The notes beneath the pieces are model-generated. The model had not been told where the DNA came from, did no database searches, and saw only the letters and a program-made list of their open reading frames with translations. A stretch of DNA of 64,000 nucleotides from an uncultured Acidimicrobiales bacterium (GTDB lineage Bacteria; Actinomycetota; Acidimicrobiia; Acidimicrobiales; SZUA-35): contig CALKTH010000080.1 in the NCBI GenBank assembly GCA_937997485.1, positions 6,528 through 70,527 of the forward strand, in the 5' to 3' direction. Positions 9,017-18,170 of this stretch are shown piece after piece (the stretch's first letter is position 1; each line of letters starts with the position of its first letter). A program made the translations under genes and the position numbers.

Positions 9017-9036
9017 GGTGAGTACACGTACTCACC
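9017..9036. promoter_or_regulatory. 20-bp palindrome GGTGAGTAC-AC-GTACTCACC, candidate Crp-family operator
   Basis: Perfect 9-bp inverted arms. It is 21 bp from the Crp-family start codon and 54 bp from the divergent cNMP-binding gene start. Confidence 0.55.
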
Positions 9037-9089
9037 GTCTTGGGTACCGCACCGCTGCACGCCGTCGCCAGACAGCGGATACTGAGGGA

Positions 9090-9521
9090 ATGAAGAACCC
9101 CAAGACCAGTCACTCCATCGCCAGCGCCACGTGCTTCGAGAGCTGTAACAAGAAGCAGCGAGCCCGTTTGGAGGAGCTCAGCTCGGTGATCGAGATCCGA
9201 ACCGGCGTCACGTTGGCTCGACAGGGAGAGACCGGCAAGGAATTCGGCGTCATCATCGAGGGCTCCGCATCCGTCTCGATCGACGGCGAACAAGTTGCTT
9301 CGCTTGGGCCTGGCGATCTCTACGGCGAGATGGCGCTCTTTGCCCAGGTCGGGCACACCGACAACCAGCGCACCGCCACGGTGACCGCCACATCCGACAT
9401 GTGGGTTGCGCTCATGACCCGCCAGGAGTTCTCGACCTTCAAGAGCGAGTTCCCGCAGGTCGCCACCTCGATTCGGGCAATTGCCACGGGCCGGGCGGCG
9501 GCCAACGATCTCTTCGTCTAG
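9090..9521 (+). CDS. Stand-alone cyclic-nucleotide-binding domain protein (143 aa, no output domain)
   Basis: In-frame ATG 9090 in ORF 8520..9521. cNMP cassette GDLYGEMALFAQVGHTDNQRTATVTA. No HTH or other domain follows. Confidence 0.8.
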   Translation: MKNPKTSHSIASATCFESCNKKQRARLEELSSVIEIRTGVTLARQGETGKEFGVIIEGSASVSIDGEQVASLGPGDLYGEMALFAQVGHTDNQRTATVTATSDMWVALMTRQEFSTFKSEFPQVATSIRAIATGRAAANDLFV

Positions 9522-9536
9522 CAAGCGAGGCGCATG

Positions 9537-9581
9537 ACGCTGGCGCCGCTCCAACCGGGAGGGAAGGAGCGGCGCCAGCGT
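9537..9581. terminator. GC-rich 16-bp perfect hairpin between convergent genes (no U-tract)
   Basis: acgctggcgccgctcc (9537-9552) / ggagcggcgccagcgt (9566-9581) with a 13-nt loop. Confidence 0.55.
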
Positions 9582-9605
9582 GAATGCGTCGGCGAGATTC
9601 GTGAC

Positions 9606-11840
<2,235 letters not shown>

Positions 11841-11913
11841 TTACTGGATCGACCTGTTGAGGTTAGCGAACCAGAGTGAATACGAAGAGCTCCCAGCGGG
11901 TTGAGAAGAGGAG

Positions 11914-13395
11914 ATGTCATCTCGCCGATTCCTCACGCTCCTGACCATGCTCGTCGTACTCGGATCGGCTTGTTCGGCGACGGACGAGACATCCTCGATC
12001 GACGGCCCCCTTGAAGCACCCGTCGGTTTGGATGCTTCATCCATCGAAGGCAGCGCCGGAGCGGCGGCGAACGATGCCGACGCAGAGGCCACCACGCAGA
12101 CCGACGGTGGTTCAGACTTCCTCTCCTCACTCGATCGCACCCCGCTGTGGGATCCCTTCGAAGGTGCCGGACCCTTCTCGACCGCTGGGGGCGCGGAGTC
12201 TGCGACGGCTCCGATCACGACCGGGGCCGCGGGTGGCACGGATCTGCCTGAGTCCGTGCAGCGCGTGATCGGCGCGTTCGCCACCGACTGGACCCGACGG
12301 AGCGCCGACCTCTCATCACTCAGGGTCGGCCTGGAGGCGGACGATCCCCGCGATCTGATTCCCCCCGTTGATGAGCCCAAATTCGAGACCGTCGTCCAGG
12401 GTGGTTACTGGCTTCTGCCCGACGAACCAGGAGCGCTCGTCGAAATCGACGGCGATGCCCGCTTCTACCCGCTCGCCATTCTGACCCGCCACGAGATCGT
12501 CAATGACCGATTCGGCGACATCCCGGTTGCCGTCACCTACTGCCCGCTGTGCAACACGGCGCTCGCCTTCGATCGCCGAGTCGACGGCGAGGTGCTCCGT
12601 CTCGGCGTCAGTGGCCTGCTCCGAAACAGCGACCTCGTCATGTGGGACGACCATTCCGAAACGCTGTGGCAGCAGATCACCGGCGAGGCCTTGGTTGGGG
12701 AGCTGGCTGGGACCGAGCTCTCGCTCGTTCCGACCTCCATCGTCTCGTACCAGCAGTTCGCGGCGGATCACCCGAACGGACGCTCGCTGGCGCCCAAGAC
12801 CGGCCACGCCATCAAATACGGTGCCAATCCCTACCGCTTCTATTCGAGCAACGACGCCCCCATTGCCCGCTTCTACGACGGCGACATCGACGAACGGGTG
12901 CCCGCCCTCGAGCGAGTGATCGGAGTGACCGGGTTCCCATCCGCTACTGAGGACAATGAGACCACCACCATTGCCGGAGAGAGCAACGGGACCCAAGCGA
13001 TCGCCTTCCCCTTCTCGACGGTCCGGCTCGCCGGTGCGGTGAACACCGATCTTGCTGGCCGACCGATCGTGGTGTGGGTGGGAGGAGCCACCGCAGATGG
13101 TCTCGACGCTGAAAGCGTGGCCGCGGGGAGAGCGCTCGGCACCGGTGTTGCGTTCTCGTCCCAGGTGGGCGATCAAGTGCTGACCTTCGATCGGTTCGAA
13201 CCCAAGCTTGGCGCGCAGCAAGAGCCGCCCGTCGAGGAGTTCTTCACCGATCGCCAAACCGGCACCCGCTGGTCGGTCCTTGGCACGGCTGTCGAGGGCC
13301 CACTGGCCGGAACTCGACTCGAGCCGGTACTGCACCGGAACGACTTCTGGTTTGCCTGGACGGCGTTCTTCCCCGATGCGGAGCTGTACCAGTAG
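11914..13395 (+). CDS. DUF3179-domain lipoprotein
   Basis: Signal peptide/lipobox LVVLGSAC. DUF3179 signature VAVTYCPLCNTALAFDR. GAGGAG RBS before ATG 11914. Confidence 0.8.
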   Translation: MSSRRFLTLLTMLVVLGSACSATDETSSIDGPLEAPVGLDASSIEGSAGAAANDADAEATTQTDGGSDFLSSLDRTPLWDPFEGAGPFSTAGGAESATAPITTGAAGGTDLPESVQRVIGAFATDWTRRSADLSSLRVGLEADDPRDLIPPVDEPKFETVVQGGYWLLPDEPGALVEIDGDARFYPLAILTRHEIVNDRFGDIPVAVTYCPLCNTALAFDRRVDGEVLRLGVSGLLRNSDLVMWDDHSETLWQQITGEALVGELAGTELSLVPTSIVSYQQFAADHPNGRSLAPKTGHAIKYGANPYRFYSSNDAPIARFYDGDIDERVPALERVIGVTGFPSATEDNETTTIAGESNGTQAIAFPFSTVRLAGAVNTDLAGRPIVVWVGGATADGLDAESVAAGRALGTGVAFSSQVGDQVLTFDRFEPKLGAQQEPPVEEFFTDRQTGTRWSVLGTAVEGPLAGTRLEPVLHRNDFWFAWTAFFPDAELYQ

Positions 13396-13420
13396 GTGGG
13401 AGGCGGCGGGACGCTTGGAG

Positions 13421-14857
13421 TTAGCCCTCGCGGCGGGTATGGGCGTCGAGGACCGACGCCAAGCAGTTGGTCAGGCGTTCGGCATAGTCCAGGTGAAGGA
13501 ACTCATTCGGTCCGTGCGCGTTGGACGCCGGACCGAGCACGCCCGTGATCACGAACTGGGCGGCGGGGAACTTCTCGCCGAGCATGCCCATGAACGGAAT
13601 CGTGCCGCCCTCGCCGTACAACCGCATCGGCTTGTCGAACGCCACCTGACTTGCCGCGTTCAGCGCATCGGAAAGCCACGGCACCAGGGGAGGAGCTTCC
13701 CACCCATCTGCCGAGTCTGCGTGTTCAATGCTGACGCGTGCGCCGTAGGGAACACTGGTCTCCAGTGTGCGCTGCAGTTCCTCCAGCACGACCGCTGCCG
13801 ACGCTGTCGGAGGCACCCGGATCGAAAGCTTGAGACGAGTGAATGGCCGTAGCACGTTGCCAGCCTTGGCGGTGGGTGGCATGCCGTCGGCCCCAACGAC
13901 GGAGAGCGACGGACGCCACGTCTTTGCGATGAGCGCCTCGGTCACATCGTCCTCGGCGAGGCGAGCGCCCTCCACCATGGGCGGATTCTCCAATGCGGCC
14001 CAGCCGAGATCGCCAGCGACCTCGGCTGCCTCTTGTACTCGGCCTTCGGGGATGTCAACGATCGCCGAGTCGAGCAAGAACCGCCCAGTCGAGCTGTCCT
14101 CGATGCGGTCCAGCAGCTGGCGCATGATGCGGAAGCTCGATGGCACGACGCCCCCGACCGCGCCGGAGTGCAAGCCTTCGGTGACGATGTCGACCTGCAC
14201 GTCGGCCATGACCATGCCCCGAAGCGACGTGGTGAGCCAGAGGGTTTCGTAGGTCATGCAGCCCGAGTCGAGACACATCACGAGCTCGACGTCGCCAAGG
14301 CGATCGGCGAGCGCGTCGATGTGGGCAGGCAGGTCGGGAGAACCAGATTCTTCGCTGGCCTCGACGAGCAACACACAGCGAGCGTGCCGGCCGCCATTGC
14401 GCTGCACAGCTTCGATCGCCGTGAGGCTGGCGAACGCTGCATAGCCGTCGTCGGCCCCGCCTCGACCGTAGAGCTTGCCGTCTTCGAGGACCGGCTTCCA
14501 GGGACCGAGATCTTCTCGCCAACCTTCCATCTCGGGTTGCTTGTCGAGATGCCCGTACAGCACGACCGTCTTGTCCGATGCGCCGTCGGGCATGTTGAAC
14601 GCATCAACTTCGACCACGATCAGCGGTGTGAGACCGGGCAGACGTTGTACCTCCACCTGCATGCCGGCGACGTTTCGGCTGGCAATCCAACCTTCGATCT
14701 GCTGTACCGCACGCTCGATCTCGCCGGTGGCCTCCCAGTTCGGATCGAAGGCGGGGGAGAGGGCCGGAATCGCCACGTACTCCACGAGCTGAGGAATCAG
14801 CTCATCCTTCCAGGTCTCGGCGATCTGGGAACGGACAGCATCCAGTTGCAGCGACAT
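13421..14857 (-). CDS. M20-family metallopeptidase/dipeptidase
   Basis: 478 aa. Motifs LYGHLDKQPEM, RGGADDGYA and LVEASEESGS. Confidence 0.85.
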   Translation of the reverse strand: MSLQLDAVRSQIAETWKDELIPQLVEYVAIPALSPAFDPNWEATGEIERAVQQIEGWIASRNVAGMQVEVQRLPGLTPLIVVEVDAFNMPDGASDKTVVLYGHLDKQPEMEGWREDLGPWKPVLEDGKLYGRGGADDGYAAFASLTAIEAVQRNGGRHARCVLLVEASEESGSPDLPAHIDALADRLGDVELVMCLDSGCMTYETLWLTTSLRGMVMADVQVDIVTEGLHSGAVGGVVPSSFRIMRQLLDRIEDSSTGRFLLDSAIVDIPEGRVQEAAEVAGDLGWAALENPPMVEGARLAEDDVTEALIAKTWRPSLSVVGADGMPPTAKAGNVLRPFTRLKLSIRVPPTASAAVVLEELQRTLETSVPYGARVSIEHADSADGWEAPPLVPWLSDALNAASQVAFDKPMRLYGEGGTIPFMGMLGEKFPAAQFVITGVLGPASNAHGPNEFLHLDYAERLTNCLASVLDAHTRREG

Positions 14858-14882
14858 CCCCGGACCTTACCCCTCACCACCG

Positions 14883-14909
14883 CTGTGGGTGCCTGACCCC
14901 CACCATCAC
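14883..14909 (+). repeat. REP-like element copy 1 (CTGTGGGTGCCTGACCCCCACCATCAC)
   Basis: 27/27 identical to the other four copies. Intergenic, 26 bp upstream of the M20 peptidase start codon. Confidence 0.9.
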
Positions 14910-14924
14910 TCCGCTTCCCTCCTG

Positions 14925-14951
14925 CTGTGGGTGCCTGACCCCCACCATCAC
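14925..14951 (+). repeat. REP-like element copy 2
   Basis: 27/27 identical, in direct orientation 42 bp after copy 1. Contains the aminotransferase stop codon (14948-14950). Confidence 0.9.
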
Positions 14952-16129
14952 TCCATTGTGGGCGCCTGAGTCGCACAGAACGAGGCGATGCGTCGACAGC
15001 CCTCGGCGAGGTCCGCATCGCTCAGTGTGAAGGAGATGCGCACCCAACCGTCCGCCGATGGACCGAATGCGGCGGCGTCGAGCACCGAGACCCCGGTGGA
15101 CCGAAACAGGTCCCAGGCGAAGTCGTGGCTCGACGAGTTCACTGCTCGGACGTCGGCCAACACGAACATGCCCGCCTGGGGAGCAAGAACCTCGATGGGG
15201 GTGTCTGCGAGGAGCGACGTGGCCAAGTCCCTCCTTCGGATGTAGTCCTGACGCATTCGTTCCACATCTTCCTGGTGTTCCCGTAGGGCCACGGCCGTGG
15301 CTTGCTGGATGAATCCAGGCAAGCCGTAGGTGGCAGCAAGACTCAGCCGGTCCATGTGCTCGATGAACTCGCGGGGGCCCGCCGCCCATCCGGATCTCCA
15401 CCCGGTCATGGCGTGTGATTTGGACACTGAGCCGAGGGTGACGGTCCGCTCCTTCATGCCCTCGACTGAGGCCATTGGTGTGTGCAATCCGCTGAACACC
15501 AGATCGGCGTACACCTCGTCGGAGAGGACCCAAAGATCGTGCTCAATCGCCACGGCGGCAACGGCTCGCGTTTCTTGCTCGGTGGCGACAACACCGGACG
15601 GATTCGCCGGCGAGTTGAACAGGATCGCCTTGGTCTTTGGAGTGATCGCCGCAGCGAGACCTTCGGTGTTGGCTCGAAAGCCAGCGAGCGGAGGAACAGC
15701 GACCACGACACCACCGGGGGCCTGAATGCTGGCTTCGTAGGTGAGGTAGGCCGGGTCGAAGACGATGACCTCGTCACCCGGATCAAGCAGGCAAAGACAG
15801 GCCGAAAACAGGGCTCCCTGGGTACCCACCGCAGCGATGACCTCGTCGGGGGCATAGTCGACGCCTGCCCTGCGATTCAGATGCTCGACGATCGAGTCTC
15901 GCAGGCCGTACTTGCCAGCAATCGGGGCGTAGTGTGTGTCACCAGCCCGCATGGCAGCGGCCGCCGCATCGATGATGCCTGTGGGTGTGTCATGGTCCGG
16001 ATCACCGACGCTGAGAATGACAACGTCTTCCCCACGAGCCTCTGCTTGGCGAGCGGCAAAATGGACGGCCCATCCGGCCGCGCCTTTGCCGGCGATCCGA
16101 TCGACCAGCGCGGCGTATGGGCGGGTCAC
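14948..16129 (-). CDS. Class I/II pyridoxal-phosphate aminotransferase
   Basis: Part of ORF 14948..16555. GTG 16129 overlaps the upstream TGA (GTGA). PLP-lysine motif SVSKSHAMTGWRSGW; also NSPANPSG. Confidence 0.85.
   Translation of the reverse strand: MTRPYAALVDRIAGKGAAGWAVHFAARQAEARGEDVVILSVGDPDHDTPTGIIDAAAAAMRAGDTHYAPIAGKYGLRDSIVEHLNRRAGVDYAPDEVIAAVGTQGALFSACLCLLDPGDEVIVFDPAYLTYEASIQAPGGVVVAVPPLAGFRANTEGLAAAITPKTKAILFNSPANPSGVVATEQETRAVAAVAIEHDLWVLSDEVYADLVFSGLHTPMASVEGMKERTVTLGSVSKSHAMTGWRSGWAAGPREFIEHMDRLSLAATYGLPGFIQQATAVALREHQEDVERMRQDYIRRRDLATSLLADTPIEVLAPQAGMFVLADVRAVNSSSHDFAWDLFRSTGVSVLDAAAFGPSADGWVRISFTLSDADLAEGCRRIASFCATQAPTME
14956..14970 (+). repeat. Degenerate left-half REP copy (ttgtgggcgcctgag)
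   Basis: 13/15 match to ctgtgggtgcctgac. It lies inside the last codons of the aminotransferase CDS. Confidence 0.5.
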
Positions 16130-16908
16130 TGGAAGTCGGGGGTCCGCTTCTCGGCGAACGCCTTGATGCCCTCTTGACCATCGGCCATGCCCATGGCCGC
16201 GGTGATCATGTGGGACTCGCGCTCGCCCGACTCCTCGAGGCTTGAATCGAATCCTTCGTAGATCATGCGCTTCGCATTCCCGTTGGCGAAGTTTGAACCG
16301 GCAGCGAGCATCTCGGCCAGCTCCGTCGCCGCCGCGTCCGCTTCGCCCTTCGGCACCACGCGGTTGACGAGGCCCCATTGCTCTGCTTCGCCAGCGGTGA
16401 GCAACCGGTTCGTCAGTGTGAGGTCCAGCGCTCGGCGAAGGCCGACGTGGCGGGCCAGGAAGTACGTGGACGTGCCATCGGGGGTCATACCGACTCGCGT
16501 GTACCCCATGGTGAACTTTGCGTTCTCGGCCGCGACGACCATGTCGAACGCGCACATGATGGACATGCCAGCGCCCCCGGCTGCCCCACCGACGGCGGCT
16601 ACGACTGGCTTCGACATGCGGTGCATTTGGTAGATCGCTGCGTGAAAGTCAACGAGCATGTCAGCTGCGAGATGGGGCAGCGTGTCACCTGCCTCAGCGA
16701 AGATCTTGAGATCACCGCCAGCGCAGAACACCTTGCCCTCTGCCGTGATCAGTACGACTCGAACGTCGTCGTCGTAGTGCGCAGCCAGCGTGGCCGCTCG
16801 GAGGTCCTTTGCAAACTGGGGAGAAACAGCGTTGGCCCGATCGGGCTCGCTGAATCGGATGTGGGCGATGCGCCCGCTGACGCTGTAGTCGATGGTCTCA
16901 AGATCCAT
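16126..16908 (-). CDS. Enoyl-CoA hydratase/isomerase (crotonase) family protein
   Basis: ATG 16908 with GGGAAGGA RBS. Motifs FCAGGDLK and AVGGAAGGAGMS. Confidence 0.88.
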   Translation of the reverse strand: MDLETIDYSVSGRIAHIRFSEPDRANAVSPQFAKDLRAATLAAHYDDDVRVVLITAEGKVFCAGGDLKIFAEAGDTLPHLAADMLVDFHAAIYQMHRMSKPVVAAVGGAAGGAGMSIMCAFDMVVAAENAKFTMGYTRVGMTPDGTSTYFLARHVGLRRALDLTLTNRLLTAGEAEQWGLVNRVVPKGEADAAATELAEMLAAGSNFANGNAKRMIYEGFDSSLEESGERESHMITAAMGMADGQEGIKAFAEKRTPDFQ

Positions 16909-16972
16909 CGCCAGATCCTTCCCGCCCCACCCCTTTGTGTCCACTCCGATCCACCTCCGCGCCTTCACCGCC

Positions 16973-16999
16973 CTGTGGGTGCCTGACCCCCACCATCAC
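16973..16999 (+). repeat. REP-like element copy 3
   Basis: 27/27 identical. Intergenic, between the RAYT 3' end and the crotonase start. Confidence 0.9.
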
Positions 17000-17079
17000 T
17001 GCAGTGCGGGTCCGTTCCGGGAGGTGGGAGCGCAGCGAGCAACTCGGTGAGTGACCGAGGCCCCAGCCGAGGACACGGC

Positions 17080-17097
17080 CCTGACCCTCACCATCAC
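17080..17097 (+). repeat. Degenerate right-half REP copy (cctgaccctcaccatcac)
   Basis: 17/18 match to the right half of the REP. Overlaps the RAYT stop codon (17094-17096). Confidence 0.5.
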
Positions 17098-18062
17098 ATC
17101 GCTGGCCGATCAGGTCTGCTCGCGACGATGCCGCGGACCTCGGCCACCGAGGCTGTCAACGAAGCATCGCCTTCCATCCGCTCGGCGGTCCTTCGCACGG
17201 CCATGCTCACTCCAGTCGGCGAGATGCCGAAGACCGAGGCAATCTCCGCCAGTGTGGTTCGACACAACGTCCGGGAGAGGTAGATGGCGACAGCACGGCA
17301 GGGAGCGGTCGCTCCGAACCCTCGTTGCAGAATCTCCTCCCGGCTTCCCGGCATGCATGCCATGGTTCCAGCGACCACATCCTCGATCGATGGCGGATCG
17401 TCGTGGCGTTCGGCAAGGCGACTCGACGTCAACGCCGCGTGCTTGGCTCGCCGGACCACGTCCTCCTGGAACTCCTTCGTGCCGAGGATCTCACCACCTC
17501 GCTCGATGGCAGCAACGATTTTCGGATGCTTCGTGCGCGCTCTGGTGAAGTCTCGAATGGCGTCGAGCGAGTCGAACTGACCGAGGTAGTAGGAGGTGTC
17601 CAGCCACTCTGGCGTCGGCGCGAGACCGAGGTAGGACCGGTACGAGGACAAGAGGTGGTCTTCGGCCCGAACGACCATGCCAGCCTCCACCGGATTGTTG
17701 TGCACATAACGAAAGAGCTCGAGCGAGTAGACGCCGTCCTGAACGACAACGTTGCCGTATCGCCCCTCGAACAGGGAGCCGCGGCGCCCGTGGCGTCGAT
17801 TAAACCTCTTCACGTAGGCATTCGTCAGCCAGTGCATCGCCTGGCTCAACCGCCCCTCAGTCGACACGACGATGAAGTGGAAGTGCGTTCGCATCAAGCA
17901 GAACCCGAGCACGACCACACCGAAGCGTTCCTCGAGTTCGGACGCAAGATCGAGAAGCGTCTGCTCGTCAAAGCGATCCAAGAAGATCGGCTGCTTGTTC
18001 GGCGCACGGTTGTACACGTGATGCTTCGCACCGGGATAGTCGAATCGTAGAGGTCGAGCCAT
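17094..18062 (-). CDS. REP-associated tyrosine transposase (RAYT, IS200-like Y1 HUH transposase) with C-terminal DnaA domain-IV-like HTH
   Basis: 322 aa. HUH motif in LMRTHFHFIVV; catalytic Tyr context LFRYVHNNPVEAG. C-terminus RAVAIYLSRTLCRTTLAEIASVFGISPTGVSMAVRR resembles the DnaA C-terminal DNA-binding domain. Flanked by inverted REP copies. Confidence 0.85.
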   Translation of the reverse strand: MARPLRFDYPGAKHHVYNRAPNKQPIFLDRFDEQTLLDLASELEERFGVVVLGFCLMRTHFHFIVVSTEGRLSQAMHWLTNAYVKRFNRRHGRRGSLFEGRYGNVVVQDGVYSLELFRYVHNNPVEAGMVVRAEDHLLSSYRSYLGLAPTPEWLDTSYYLGQFDSLDAIRDFTRARTKHPKIVAAIERGGEILGTKEFQEDVVRRAKHAALTSSRLAERHDDPPSIEDVVAGTMACMPGSREEILQRGFGATAPCRAVAIYLSRTLCRTTLAEIASVFGISPTGVSMAVRRTAERMEGDASLTASVAEVRGIVASRPDRPAM

Positions 18063-18068
18063 CCTCGC

Positions 18069-18098
18069 ATGATATCAAATGCTGTTATTTACGTCTAA
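18069..18098 (-). promoter_or_regulatory. Putative RAYT promoter in an AT-rich island (-35 TTAGAC, -10 TATCAT, 18-nt spacer; near-leaderless)
   Basis: On the minus strand: ttagac(18098-18093)-N18-tatcat(18074-18069)-gcgagg-ATG. The surrounding 44 bp look much more AT-rich than the window. Hexamer match only. Confidence 0.3.
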
Positions 18099-18109
18099 CT
18101 ACGTTCGTG

Positions 18110-18136
18110 GTGATGGTGGGGGTCAGGCACCCACAG
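18110..18136 (-). repeat. REP-like element copy 4 (inverted orientation)
   Basis: The plus strand reads GTGATGGTGGGGGTCAGGCACCCACAG, the exact reverse complement of copies 1-3. Confidence 0.9.
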
Positions 18137-18143
18137 GGGCACG

Positions 18144-18170
18144 GTGATGGTGGGGGTCAGGCACCCACAG
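18144..18170 (-). repeat. REP-like element copy 5 (inverted orientation)
   Basis: 27/27 identical, 34 bp after copy 4. Contains the glcF stop codon (18157-18159). Confidence 0.9.

Larger units (their letters stand above)
16973..18170 (-). mobile_element. Candidate REPtron unit (RAYT gene plus flanking inverted REP copies)
   Basis: One REP copy on the left in + orientation and two on the right in - orientation, with the RAYT CDS between them. Confidence 0.7.

Noticed and set aside
14883-14951. REP doublets (also 18110-18170) as a possible miniature CRISPR array
   Set aside because: Each locus has only two repeats, with spacers of 15 and 7 bp. No cas genes are present. The repeats occur in both orientations around a Y1 transposase gene, so REP/RAYT is the better explanation.
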